Assembly: GCF_009834535.1 (NCBI RefSeq)
Contig: NC_045696.1
Span: forward strand, 61,568,001-61,632,000
DNA length: 64,000 nt
Source: Camelus ferus
Taxonomy: Eukaryota
Direction: 5' to 3'
Part shown: piece by piece, positions 12,461-27,169 of the stretch
How the letters are laid out: the number at the start of each line of letters is the position of its first letter
Position numbering within the stretch: position 1 is the stretch's first letter
Notes under the pieces: model-generated
Database searches by the model: none
What the model was told of the DNA's origin: nothing
Seen by the model: the letters and a program-made list of their open reading frames with translations, nothing else
Translations under genes and position numbers: made by a program

Positions 12461-14409
12461 ATCAATAATTTTTAATAAAATGTTAACATTTGCATTTATC
12501 TAGCCACAGATTGGCTTGTAATATGATTAACAATCTTGTTCATAACAGAAAAATGCACTCAATTTTCAGGTCACTACCTATTTGTGACCTGTTGTGTCAA
12601 CAACTGTAAGTCAGTTAAGACTTGTTTTTACTTAATCACTGCATGCTCTGGATTCTTCTTCATTCATTGCCTAGAATGATGCAGGAAAATCATGCCCAAG
12701 TGAACTTTGGGTCACTCTCCTCAAGCATTTTTTATGGCTATAGAGAAGAGGACCTGATGGAGGCTCTACTAAATCTCAGCCCAGCCTTTTCCTCCATCAG
12801 GGTATGGCAGAGGCTCTCCAGGCATATGGAAGGTGTTTGGAATTTCCTCTGGCTGGAGGACAGCCCACCCAGGTGGTGGTGGTGATAGCAGGTTATTTTG
12901 TTCACTCCAGTTGGGACTCATGTCCTCACTCTCCCACAGTGTCCCTCTGCCTGACAATCTGGTCTCTAAAATAAGCCTCAGCCCTGTGGAAGGGGCTTCT
13001 TCTCTGCTGGGGACATGCCATGGGAAAGGGGTTGGCTACCAAGGAGACCAACCTCTGCTGAGACCCCAGACTGAGCCACAAGATCCTTCTTGTTCCCCAT
13101 CTCTCACCTCTATAAGGCCTGGCCACGGCTGAGGGACCATCTTCTGTAGTTCTGGCTGCCACCCTCTCTCACCACCAGACTTTACTGCAGTAAGGATAAT
13201 AGTCACAATTGGCTGGCCAAGAGCAAAAATGTGAATTATTGCTAAGTTTCTTAGATACAATATGAGTATTATGGTTATACTGAAAATTGTTATTTTTAGG
13301 AGATGCACACTGATGTATTTTGAGGTCAAGTATCATGGTATCTCACTTAAAAATAGTTCAGAAAACCACACAAACACAGAGAACATATGCAGTGTATTAC
13401 TCTGTTTTTCATTAATTCTCTACTTATAAATTGGAAAACTGAGGTCAAGGGAGAGCTGTTCATAGGTTAAGGATTATACACAATTCTGCAAGAGGGTGAC
13501 TGATTAATTCTGAAGGCATTTCTGCTCTTGGCAGGGAGAAGCAACTGGGTGGCACTGCATCAGCCTCAGGATTGTCTACCCTGAATCACAAACTGATTGT
13601 GATTTGGAAAGAGAACATCAAATATGAAATGAGCATGGCTGGATATCTGTAAACTGAGTACTGGTTGGGAGAGCTGTGTGCAGCCCTGATAGCTAGTGTT
13701 AAAAATAATCCTGAAACATAAGCAAAGGGTTCAGTCTGGTTGCCAGGCAACCTTGCCACCAGTTCCCTTCAGGTTGACCTTTATTTTTTCTATCTACATC
13801 TCTTAACATTTCTACCTCCTAGACCTTCCTTGATTCATTTAATATTTAATTATCATTGTTTGGGTGAGTTGGGGGGTCCAGGACAGGCCATACCACAAGC
13901 TCTGAAACATAATAGGCCAATCTTTGCCCTCAAGTATCTTACACTTTAGTAAAGTATAAAGGCCAAGTATACAATTACCATGATTATGTTCCTTTAACAT
14001 AATCCTTTACTATTTTAACTTTTATCTGCAAAGATCCTTTTACCGAGTAAGGTAACCTTTACAGGTTCCAGCAATTAAAGCCTGATAGATTTGGGGCACA
14101 TTTTCAGCCTTCTATAGATGAGGGGCATTGGAAGCCCAGTTCTAAGGGGAGACCACTGAAGTTCTTATTCAGTTATCCAAAGGGCTGGCTGACTACAGCT
14201 AAGCAATATTCAAAACAGTATCCTCTCTGTAAGCCCAGGCTGAGGCACTTTCCTTTGGTTATTTTACCATTGTGTTTCCTCAAACTCTAATTAACTAATC
14301 TAGGCTTATCTTGGTGAGAATCAAACTGCAGCAAATGGCTAACCTAAGAAGGTTCATTTTACATATACTTTTCACACTAAATTTACCAAAGTATCAATTG
14401 TTGGTTGTA

Positions 14410-14920
14410 GATCTTTCTGGACTGTTGGTTTACCCACATTCCCCTTCCCTGAGAACTACCTCCCCACTTATGGGGGCCAATGTGGCAATTTTGATACTAA
14501 ATGAGAACCACCCCACCACCACCACCACCAATGCTGGACCACAGCTGAATGGATCAGAGGTAGGCACCTAAGTTGGACCAATCAGATTGTATTCAGGGCC
14601 TTGGAACTCAGACACTATTCACTTGGGTGAGCAGGTTGCTGATGTAGCCCTGGGAAGCCAACTTTTATCAGGTGAAAGCTATTACATAGAGAGCAGCAGA
14701 GACAAATGACCACAGAAACTCAGAGAAATGGAAAGTACAACAGCTTTGGCTCTTGATGGCTTCCCTGGTTAGAGACTCAAGAGAAGCCAAGCTTCTGTTT
14801 TGAGTTGAGAGAATTCTGCTCCTCCACTCCCCATGTTCTAATAGTAAATTTCCCTTTTTGCTTAGGCAGTCTGACTGGGTATCTGTTATCAGCAACCAAA
14901 AGAAATTTAAAACTAATGTT
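14410..14920 (+). mobile_element. Old ERVL/MaLR-type LTR fragment
   Basis: 3' end ttttgcttaggcagtctgactgggtatctgtt...gcaaccaaaag...actaat. Confidence 0.5.
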
Positions 14921-16540
14921 TCAATCCTGGTTTAAATACTTCTTACTTTGTTCCCACAAAAGTATTTAGGCTTGATAGCTAAAATAATGCTGTAATTGGG
15001 TAGTTTTTCAAAAGATCTCTCTAAAACCTCCAGAGACTACCCACGATTATTAGTCTTTCCTGACATTTTAATAAATATTAGAATCACTGGATAAATACAA
15101 TATTGTGAAGATGTTTTCATTTCATAAAACAGTGGCATGAAAGGGACCTTAGGGGATGTTTAATTCAATCCCTTAACTTTCAAGTAAGGAAACCAAGGTC
15201 CCAAATGGCCAAGAGCTTTGCCCAGTGCTGGAATTAGAAACTTGATACTCAGGCCAAAATCCTTCATCAATGAATTTTTTAGGGCCACGATGATATTCCC
15301 CTTGCCTTAAACTCCAAGTGAGATCACTAAACAATATTTACTGACTACCCGCTTAATTGGTCAGAACTCTTAGTTACAACTTGAAAGGAAAAAAAAAAAG
15401 GTTCCAGGAATACACTTGTTTCAGGCATGGCTGGTTCCAGGCTCCACATTACTGTGAGGATCTCTCTCCACCCTTAGGAAACATCTTCCCAACGTGAGGA
15501 ACCTATAGACACAACCTGTCAGCTTAGCTACCTTAGCAATACATGCCTGATTATCCTTGGGATTCTCAGTAATATGAGCCAATAAATTCCTTTTTATTCC
15601 CTTAAGTTGATCTGAATTTGGTTTCTGTCATTTGCAACAAGCATTCTGACTAAAACTGAGCTTATCAAGCAGTTCTCCACAAACAAGGATAATGGTAACC
15701 AATCAGACTCTCTTTGTAAAACTTTGAATATTAAGAGCAGGCAGTTTAGGCAGAAGCTTAAAGAACATGCAGAGAAGACAGCAATCTAGGCCATGATGAA
15801 AACTTACTCCTGACACAGTTTTGGCTTCTATCCTCTACTTCTTCTATCTACCTTACATCTTCTGCTTAGTCAGAGTTTCTGCTTATTCATAATTTTAGCT
15901 TACTCTTGGTCCTATCGGCATCATGGACTGGATTGCTACATAATATCCTAAACTGATTTGACCTGGGACACTTCTGAGAAACAGCAAAAGGTGACTGTCA
16001 GCAAAGCTTTCTGGGCTTTACACAGAGCAAGCAAGAACAGGTTTCCTCTTCCAACTTGGTAAAGCTCCTCATGACATCCAGGATCTGAAATTACTAATGT
16101 TATAATTAATGTGGTGGCCATATTTGGATCATGATGTGGGCTTCCCTAAGGCAGGAGGCTTGACAAGACAATGAAGATCCTTTGCAGGTAAGTAATCATG
16201 CCTGCAATTTTCTTGGATCCCCAAGTTACTTAACATCTCTGAGTCTTGATTCCTGTGGCAATAAAATGGAGGAAACCACCCACTTCACTGATTTGGAAAA
16301 AGAAATGAAACACATGAAAAATCGCTGGTACATGATTAGTATTCAGTGAATATCAGTTCTCTTCCCCCAAATTTTAATATGTCGTTTACTGTATGAAGTG
16401 TTACCGAATTATCTTCAATTGCTCAAATGTTTTAAAATGTATACAATGGAAAGGTATTATTCCACATATGACAAATAGTTTAAATGAAGAATCAGGATTT
16501 TTTTTAACCTAAAAGAGATTTGCTGCAGTCTTTCAAATGT

Positions 16541-16546
16541 TTTATT
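16541..16546 (-). terminator. WDR53: Candidate poly(A) signal AATAAA of WDR53
   Basis: Minus strand reads TAG atcc AATAAA, 4 nt after the stop codon; an alternative ATTAAA lies at 16373-16378. Confidence 0.6.
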
Positions 16547-16550
16547 GGAT

Positions 16551-17180
<630 letters not shown>

Positions 17181-19316
17181 TTAGCCATTTTGTTTAACTA
17201 ACATGCTTATTCCGCTTCTAACAAAATCATCAAAGTAGTCTGAGAATAACTGGTAGGATACATTTCCAGCAACATTAAAAAAAAAAGTTCAGATGGCACC
17301 ACAACATGCCAGTGGGATGCTACCCTGCTGCCAAAAGTAGAATGCCAATAGGCAGTAAGGTAGAATTTAGAAAACAAGACCTTGAGTAACTTTCGATTAA
17401 CAAACCAATTAAAGTGTAATTCAAATTCTTAAGCAGATGCCAGTTTCTTTAAATCATTCTACCTTGAAGATTATAAGACTTACTAATTTTAATCTATGCT
17501 TGTTATAAGTAAAAATACCGACCAACTAAATAAACTGGAATACTACTGAAGTAAATTCTATCTGAAATGCTTTTTCCTCTCCTTTCCTTTCACATTACCC
17601 AAATTACTCATCCGAGGGGCTTAGCTCAAATTCTTATCCCTGTAGGAAGCCTTTCCTAACTATTCCAGCTACCTTCTCTCTTTCTCATATTTAATTCTTA
17701 CTCATACAATTTCTTGAGATTTACTTCATCTTTGCTAATGCCTAGCATAATACCTGGAAAAGAGCGGAAATTCTAAACATCTCTGTTGATTAATTTGACA
17801 TCCTGGTATTTTTGGCTTTTTGTTGTTCCTTACCATGATCTTGGGCCGACAAAACTGATTTAAATTAAATGCTAATTAAAATCTGTTTAAAACAAAACAA
17901 TAAGCTTTGTAAATTGATTCTACTCTATAATCTAGAGATTTTCTTCCCATAGCAACCAATTTGAAAAGGAAAATATTCTTTGTACTTTCAGAGAGAATGG
18001 ACAGCTTTATTTTGCCATCTAGTACTATCCCTAAATTATGACTCACAATTTAAAATGGACACTAGGATAAGCATGACCCTGCTTAGTCAAAAGTGCAGAT
18101 CTGAACTGACAAGATTACTGTTGCTAATTATAATAAGGATTTGGTTTTCTAGTCAAGGTAACTTCCCTCAACTCAGCCTACTTTCAAAAGAAATTACATC
18201 TAATAACACATATTCTGCTTCTACTTAAGAAAATACAGAAAATCCTTTTGGATTGGATTTATAACACTATACAAATGGCCAGCAATCATTATATGGGTGA
18301 AGCTAAATTGCTAACAAAATGAAATACAGTAAAATTTTAAAAATCAGAAGATATAAACAAAAATGAAGTTTCACTAAAACTAGATGTGGAAATAATCTCT
18401 ATAAAAAACCTAAACACAAGGAAAATGGACATTCCAGAATCTACTAGCTTAACTGTATGGCAGGTATCCCTGAGTTCTTTATCCCACAGACCCCACAATG
18501 CCTGGATTATATTTTCTGTCCTAAGCACATCCAAACATGAACTACACGCAAAGCATTTTCAGCAGCTTAAACATTTTTATATTTAATTATCTAAACGTGT
18601 TAATAGCCAGCTCAGATTCTACTAACCCAGGAATCATTTCCAAGTGTTGAAGATTTTCAGATTTTTCCTGCCTGAAAATTTCCTTTGTACTTCTTTGATT
18701 TTTCCTAACTGCCAACGAGTCCAAAGTTTTGTAATTTCTCAACCACCTGATCAAGCAGCATCACCCTAAGCAAGAGAGCTAAGGTACTAAAGGAAAAGAA
18801 TACTGAGGGAAACTGATTTAAAGGAAAAGAATACAAGAGTTTGGGGTTTAAAGTCCTATAAAATGTCAAAGGGAGAGACGTAGACAACTGGTAAACGTTC
18901 AGAAGTGAATGTAACCATGTCAAAGTGACCCTGCTAAGTTTCTCACCTATAGAAATATTTCTTTCCACATTAAAGATTAATTTTCAAGGGAAAAAAAGCC
19001 TCCTTCACTATCCTGATCCTTAAGTGTTAGTACTGGAGACCTTTCAAACTCCAGAAAGAACAAACTTTTGAACCATTTACTTTCAGATGTGGAAATGAGG
19101 GGGAAAGAAAACCAAGGTGTATGCTGTGAAAATTCACAATGGTTTCAGATTTCCAAAGTCTTTACAAGAAGAAAGTATATTTGAGTGGTGGGTGCACATA
19201 TATTTATTTAATGTTACTTTTCATACTTTTCACATACATTATGAATATTATATTGTACCTATTTAACAAAAAAAATAAGTAGTCTCAAGAATCTTAATAA
19301 ATTACTCTTCATTCTT

Positions 19317-19451
19317 TTTTTTGGGGGGGGGAGTAATTAGGTTTATTTATCTATTCATTTATTGTATTTTTTAAATGGAGGTACTGGGGATTGAACCCAG
19401 GACCTCATGCATGCTAAGCAGGCACTCTACTACTGAACTATACCCTCCCCC
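19317..19451 (-). mobile_element. tRNA-derived SINE (camelid vic-1 type) in the WDR53 intron
   Basis: ggaggtactggggattgaacccaggacctcatgcatgctaagc...ctataccctccccc; TSD cttcattctt at 19307-19316 and 19456-19465. Confidence 0.9.
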
Positions 19452-19714
19452 AAAACTTCATTCTTAAGGTCCCTGTCTCTTTCAGTAAGCTCTGCCTATT
19501 GAAACTTATCTAAATCAAAGGATATAATTTTTATAATTTCTGTAATAACAAAGATAGGTATGTTGAACATATCTATTATGTGTGGCAATAATTCGGTTCC
19601 TGCCTTGAGATAAAACACGTTTGTTCACAGAGAAACAACTCTCACAATTAATCTAATAAGAACCCCCACTATTATGCCTACATTCTTGGACTCCCTCATA
19701 GACTGGCTATTCTT

Positions 19715-19991
19715 TTTCTTTAAATTGAAGTATACTTGATTTACAATGTTATATTAGTTTCTGGTGTACAGCAAAGTGATTCAGTTTTATATATTCTTTT
19801 TCAGATTCTTTTCCATTTTTCATTATAAGACTTTGAATATAGTTCCCTACCTCTGCTATACAGTAGGACCTTGTTATTTACCTATTTTATATATAGTAGT
19901 TTGTATCTGCTAATTCTAAACTGCAAATTTATCCCTCCCTGCCCCCCTTTCCCCTTTGGTAGCCATAAGTTTGTTTTCTATGTCTGTGATT
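19715..19991 (-). mobile_element. Short 5'-truncated L1 3' end
   Basis: attgaagtatacttgatttacaatg...; degenerate TSD gactggctattctt / gaccagccattctt. Confidence 0.8.
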
Positions 19992-20629
19992 GACCAGCCA
20001 TTCTTAAAGTTTAGTAAAATACCAGATATCTGGGTTTTAAGAGGTAAATTGGGAGAAATTATAGTTTCAACTTCAGTTAAGGAAGTAATTTCTTAAAAGC
20101 ATGATTGTGCTGCCTTAACCATTGTTATATCACAATCCAATGCAGAAGTTAATCTACAGTGAACTTCTAGCAATTCTTGGCAGTCAAATCAAAAAGCAAT
20201 TATCTAAGCCTTCTTTTCACAAAATATTTCCTATCCTGTTTTCTAGCAGCTGCCTGCCACTAAAGCTTCTCACTTAGAACTGGAGGCACAATGTTAAATC
20301 CTGGATGCCTACACCTTATTTAATTTGAAGAGTATAAGTCATTTTTGCACACCTAATTGTTTATTGCCATGCCTAGTAGTTAATTAATGAATTATTGAAT
20401 GATTGAAAACTGGTATATCTTAAAGATGAAAGAATGAGTCAAAGAGACACAGCACAATCTGCCTACTTAAAACAGTATCTGATTGGTTGTGTAGGTCTTT
20501 CTGCACAAGCAAGTAAGCAGATTATCCCCACTAGGGTAGAAAATGTGGAGGTTTATAAAGGGCTTGGTCAAGACCTAGGAGTGGAAAAGGAATTTAGAGA
20601 TCATGGGGTCGCTGTGCCCAGAGGGTGTA

Positions 20630-20810
20630 AAATGATTCTCAATAGGGACACTACAAAATTTTCGTAGGACAGTTCTTTATTGTTTAGGGACGGTCCCAGC
20701 ACTGCAGGACATCCACTCATTCTTCCTACTAAATACCAGTAGCTTGGGGGAGAGGGGGTGGTAGTCATAGTGACAACAAGCAAAACCAGCTTCATCTATT
20801 TCTAAATTAT
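20630..20810. mobile_element. MER3-like hAT-Charlie MITE fragment
   Basis: ggacagttctttattg...gtcccagcactgcaggacat...ctaaataccagtagc...gtgacaac. Confidence 0.55.
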
Positions 20811-21669
20811 AAGAGGGTGTGGAGAGTAGAGCATAGAGCGGTAAGATCATTGGCCAAGAAGATGGAAAGACAAAATCTTGACGCTACTAATAGTATCACA
20901 AGTCTTACAAGTATCACAAGAAATATACTATATATAGTTGAGATTGTAGATTAAATGCCTAGATCAGTGCTGGACACACACATCATTAATAAACAATGGT
21001 TCTTTTACTAGAAGTCACTTGTTCCCAAACTAAGAACTGTTTCTATCACATTACTGATGACATTCTGTTTGAATGTCTCTAGTGTCACAGAGAAAAAAAT
21101 ACAGGCTTTGAAGCCAGAGGGATTGAGGTTTGAATCCCAATCTAGACAGCTGTGGGGACCCTTAATTTGAATCTGTGTCTTCATTTCTAAAAAAAGAAAC
21201 AGTAACTCTCAGGGTGTGAGTAGAATGAAAACTAATACATATAAAGCAGTGGCAAGCACTCAGTGCTCACCAAAGAGAAGCCATGACTATTCTCACTCAC
21301 TCCAGTGATTTTTAAAGTAAAAACAATAGATCCAGTCCCTCCAACATTTTTTTTTCTTTTAAAAAGAGTTTGTAGAGAGTGGATGATAAATTCTGCCTTC
21401 AGCATTCTCCTCTTTAAACAGATGTTTTGATTAAAATATTTGAATTCTCAGGTTTTAGGAATGTCTTAAAGCATAGAAAAAGGAAGAATAAAAAATTAAT
21501 GATTACTTTGTGAATAAAATCTGCTACACTTTGTTAAGTTAGTATTAAACATGCAGTAGAAGCAAAGCTTTTGGTTCATGAATACGTAAGATATGTTAGT
21601 AGAGAACAGAACATATAAAGATACATTTAGCATGATCAATAATTTGATTCTGTTAGCAAATCTCATTTA

Positions 21670-22233
<564 letters not shown>

Positions 22234-22449
22234 TTATATAAGAACTCCAGAAGAGACAAATTCAATAAGCAATATTTCAGTTAAATATTAAAAGATATCT
22301 AAGCCTGGTACTCTAGTCTTTGATGTGAGGCTCACATAAGAATAAACACTAGAAATATCTATTTTAAATTAAGCAAAATCATTTTTCAGAAAGGACTGCA
22401 CAATCATCAGGTTATATCTTTTATCTGAATAATGTTTAGAGAGAATGAG

Positions 22450-22660
22450 CCCTGGAACTCTGGGTTTGGATAGCTCTACTACCTGTTAGTTGTGCAACTT
22501 CGGGCAAGTTACTGAATCTCTCTATGATTCACTTTTCTTCTCTATAAAATGGGAATAATAATAATAACATCCATTTCATAGGATCAGAGAGGATTAAATA
22601 ACATATATCAAGCACATATAATACTGCCTGGTACATAATGAGGGCTCAACAAATACTACC
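22450..22660 (+). mobile_element. MIR SINE
   Basis: MIR core cttcgggcaagttactgaatctctct...ctataaaatgggaataataata. Confidence 0.75.
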
Positions 22661-22718
22661 ATCTTCACTTCTCTTATTTTTATTAGGCTGGTCAAAGTGG
22701 CATCTATACATACTACAC

Positions 22719-22904
22719 CAATAGTCCTCAAAGTATGGTCTCTAGACAAGCATCATCAGCATCACCTAGGAACTTGTTAGAAATATAAATTGTTGGACCC
22801 CCACCCTAGACCCACTGAATCAGAAACTCCAGGGCTGGCACCCAGCAATGAGTTTTAACAAGCCCTCCAAGTGATTCTGATGTATGCAAGAATTTGAGAA
22901 CCTG
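22719..22904. mobile_element. MER5A hAT-Charlie MITE
   Basis: cagcatcacctaggaacttgttagaaat...actgaatcagaaact...tttgagaacc; perfect 8-bp TSD tactacac (22711-22718, 22905-22912). Confidence 0.85.
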
Positions 22905-25612
22905 TACTACACCAATAATCATCTAGGGGAACTGGTTAAAATGGAGACCTTTGGGTCTTACCATCAGAGACTAATTCAGTACATGATTTAATTTTATTCT
23001 CAAAAGAACCCTTCTGATTGGCATTATTCTATTCTACAGATAATACAACTGAGTCTCAGAAATGTTAAATAATTTTCCCAAAGTCTTCTGGCCCTTAGGA
23101 TTTGTCCTTGGATCCAGTATAAAGGGATCCCAAACTTTTAAATAGTGAAGATCTTTTCCTAACAATTCTACTTGACAACAGTTTTAATTTGTTAATATTC
23201 TTTGAAAGTACAGAAAATGACCAAAAGCTACTAATAATCCATCACACTGCTTCTATAGGAACTCACATATTTTTAATCACATGATCACCTACTTGCACTT
23301 ATCTAACAGGAGTACTTATATGCAAAATTTAGATTCTGATACACTAGGCATCCCATATGTATAAACTGGAATTGCCACATAATATTACTCTGCCTTAACT
23401 ACACACTGGGCAAAGTGAAAAGAGGAAACTGGGTCAATTTATACAATTCTAAATGGTCAGACAAAAAGGAAGCAAACAAATCTATCTGGATAAACTTAAT
23501 TTTCCATTTCACAAGACAAGGAAGAATTTATCTAGTAAGAAACTACCATGGTTGCTTTGTTATTTTCAGATATGACACCTGAATTTAGCCCAATTGTACA
23601 GAGACAAGTTTTCTAATATTGTTTTGAAAATAATTTAAAGTAATCTGGCAATCTGTCTAAAGTTTCTATTCTCAGCACAAAGTTTATTCCCTCCCACTTT
23701 TAGCCACACACACACAAGCAAAATCACTAACTAGATTGCAAAAACCACTACTCTACTAGTAATCAGATGATCACAAAATCAGATACAGCAATTCTCATAC
23801 AGACAACAAAATGGAAAAAAGACAAAAAGATACATTTTCTAATTTCAGCAGAAGCACTCCATTAGTACACAGAGGAAACTAATTAAACAGAGACTGAAGC
23901 AAGTAAGTTTTAAAGGAGAGATTTGGAGAGGAAATGACTCAAAGGGAGACAAAGACAGGGAACTCTGGTGGTTTGATTTTTGCTGACAAGTACTTAAATC
24001 ATAGTTAAATAATTTTCTACCATAACAAAGACTTTTGCCAAATCCAGATAAACCAAGGAAAAAGGACACGGCACAATTTAAAATGAAAGGTATTATTCAG
24101 GCTTAGGAACTGTCATACGTGGTGACTATTGACTTATATGATAAAGACAACATCCTATTTTAAAAAATGAAATTTGAATTAATCACTGAAAAGGCCATTT
24201 AGGATACAAACAAGTTTTATTTAACTTTGTTATGAATCTTTCGAGTATTGATCACTTATTTCCTAAATTACAGTTTTAATTTTTCTATAATGAATCAACT
24301 TTAAAGTCTGAAGTCTGCCCTCTACAGCTTTAGGATTTTGTGTCCTTATAGGTCTTGGATCCCTGTTGTAACATTAGGTTTTCTCTAAGACAAGAATGAG
24401 ACAGAGTTTCTAGTATTTCTATTTCTCCATCACAGATCTACCTACAGGGGACCTAAGTAAATGTTAACTGGAAGACAAAAGTTTTAGTAGGTTTTCCTCC
24501 TAATATAACTCTTTTCCAGAGACAATTAACTCAATTTAAAAGATCTATTTAGTTAAACCTCATTGAAAATTATGAGAAGTTAGGCAATAAATGAAATTTT
24601 GTACTTTAAGAGACTATTATAGACAACAATACAGTTCCTGTAAATTTTTCCTTAATGGAACCAGTAGTAACTCTCAGACTTTCTCTCACAAGTCCAAGAT
24701 CAGCTCTACCTTCAAACTATATGCAGCAGAGTAAAGAACAATTTCTACACCACATGGATAATATTCACTGATCACTTAGCTAGTCAGAAAAACAAAAACA
24801 GACCTATCATGGTAAATGCTAGCAAAAAGAATTGGGAAAACCCCAGAAATCTATACATTCTGAGGCTTTTAATTTTATCATGCAGAGTACTGAGCAGGGA
24901 TTCAACCAGAGCTTCCACCCTCCCCCCCAAACACTTGCTTAGTTTACAAAATTACAATTATTTGTTATTATTTGAAACACAAAGACCGCCATCAAAAAGT
25001 GGTGAATAATCAGACTGCTGTGGTAGGAGGTAATGGGAAAAAATTAACTAAATATGGGTTAAATCAAAACAATCTTTCAGAAATGAGTTGGCAAACCACC
25101 ATTTCTTGTTTTTCTTTTATTGGTGCTGAAAAGCATACCTGGAAATAGCTAAGTGCCACTATCATCACATTTAGGTACCAAGTCAACAGGCTTTTCTTCT
25201 TATAGGTAGATGCCTAAAGGGTGAAGCATGGCAATTAATCATATCCCATTGTGAATTACTTTAATTATGTAATAGATTCCTTCCTTCTATATCTAATTAG
25301 ATCATGGAGGTGGGGGGAGGCGGCATACTTTAAGAGCATTTTTAGAAAGAGTGGAGTGCAAAGATGGAAGTTCTAAACAGCCAGAGGGCAGAAAGCAGGT
25401 ATTGAACGTGACGGAGGGGGCATAGTAAGGAGGGTGATGAGCAGGCAAGATTTCTATAAAGAAAAGGAGGTAGTGATAAAGGAAGTCTTTTCCTGCTTTG
25501 AAATTCTATGTGGACCACTTGGGAGGTACTTTGCCACAAAGTCACCTCACTGACTGGAATAGGTTAGCCAGAATTATTTCATCAGATCCTTCAAAGGCTC
25601 TACCTCACTTAC

Positions 25613-25994
25613 ACACATGGCAGACAGGTAAAGTCCAATGTCTTTAATAACTGAATGCTCTCTAACACTCTGACACTCTGCTTCTGTCATAATTCCACGT
25701 ATCCACTTGTGCCTTTAAAGTTGTTCATTAAGTTCAGTTCTTTGTCTGCTTTTTAGATTGACCGACTCTACTTATCCTTGAAGATTTATTTATTTATCAT
25801 AAGAAAAAAAATATGGAACGCTTCAAGAATTTGCACGTCATCCTTGCGCAGGGGCCATGCTAATCTCTGTATCGTTCCAATTTTAGTGTATGTGCTGCCA
25901 AAGCAGGCACAACTTATCCTTGAAGATTTAAAAGAAACTGTAGTGACTTTCCAGACAAAACTGGGACCTTCCTTAGATGTCCTACGGTTGAAGG
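25613..25994 (-). other. WDR53: Probable non-coding 5'-UTR exon of WDR53 (contains the U6 retrocopy)
   Basis: Strong acceptor ttttatttattcatttttcAG at 25995-25996 and donor TGT|GTAAGT at 25612, lying between the promoter and the first coding exon. Splice signals only, no transcript evidence. Confidence 0.55.
25804..25910 (-). pseudogene. RNU6: U6 snRNA retropseudogene (full length)
   Basis: Minus strand GTGCCTGCTTTGGCAGCACATACACTAAAATTGGAACGATACAGAGATTAGCATGGCCCCTGCGCAAGGATGAC...GCGTTCCATATTTTTTTT matches U6 with about seven substitutions and a 3-nt deletion after ACAGAGA; 19-bp TSD acttatccttgaagattta at 25770-25788 and 25912-25930. Confidence 0.95.
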
Positions 25995-27169
25995 CTGAAA
26001 AATGAATAAATAAAACTCCCTAGCCTGAGGTTACACTATTATTTAAATTATATGAGAGATAGTCACTATCACTATACGTATAGGTCAACTTTTCTTCGTA
26101 TGTTTGGGTTTTCCGAAGTTGGTCTTGATGCGGAGAAGTTAGATAGCAACCAAAATGATTGAAAGGCTGTGGCATTGACACTAGTAAGAATGAAAAGAAT
26201 GGGGGTTACTAAGTTCGGAGGAAAAAACATCTGGGAAGAAGGAGCTGGTAGGTAATAACCAAACACCATCTATCAGAGAGTAGAGATGGTGGGCGCTGTT
26301 TTTTTTGGGGGGGGGGTTGTTTTTTTTCCCCCCCGGAGAACAGGAAATGGATTACACACAGCAGGGGAACTTTCGTAAAAATGTCTTACAACATAATGAC
26401 AAGACAGTGGAACTGACTACTAAGGGCATCTGTGAACCCTATTATTATAATAATTATTTCATAGAGTTGTTTGAGTTATATAAACTTCCCCACAAAGGAT
26501 CGCAGTAGAGTGGCTGCCTCACACGATGCTTATTATTTTCTCTTAGCAAGCATTCTTTAAAGCTTGTCAGAAAACTTTCTGGCCACCTAGGAAAACGTAG
26601 TAAAATGACCATATAATGCTGAAATGCTTTCTCTTCCACGAAACCTTCTATAATTATAGCTCCACGTCATTCTCCCGATTGGAATGTCTAATTAATTTTT
26701 TTAAAAAAAACACTACTTTAATTCGCCTACTAATCGGTGGGTTAGTAGGAAAGATTAGGAAAGGCCACACTTCCTCAAAAAGAATGTAGCACTTAATAAA
26801 CTCTTAAACGGCACTTTAAGGTTATCCAAACATTTGGGGGCGGGGATGTTCAAATGTAGCCACCTCACTTTCCGTATACATTCAAGGACACACGTTCTGA
26901 TAAGCACTGGTACTGTACTAATACTAAGGGAGCACAAGAGGGCCTGACCAGGAAAACATGACCTCAGCTGCTGAAGTAAAGAGAATCCAACTCAAACCGA
27001 AGGTGGCCAAGCTAGGGACTGGCTATAAGGAGAGGAAAGTTTCATGCGTTAGGTTGGGAGGTGAAGCAGGGACCCAACTGACTCTGGGAAACCCTACAGG
27101 AACAGGGGTCCAGAAAAGAGGAAAAGGTACCGAACTATACCCACGAGCCCACCGGCGCCAGCCTCATAC

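Noticed and set aside
19317..19451. tRNA genes at 8086, 19317 and 45154
   Set aside because: The tRNA-like heads have AT-rich tails and TSDs, so they are SINEs.
25804..25910. Functional U6 snRNA gene
   Set aside because: It has a TSD and an A-rich tail, no upstream PSE/TATA (the 5' flank is the TSD), a 3-nt deletion beside the ACAGAGA box and several substitutions.
25778..26005. 75-aa ORF (IWNASRICTSSLRRGHANL...)
   Set aside because: Antisense translation of the U6 copy.
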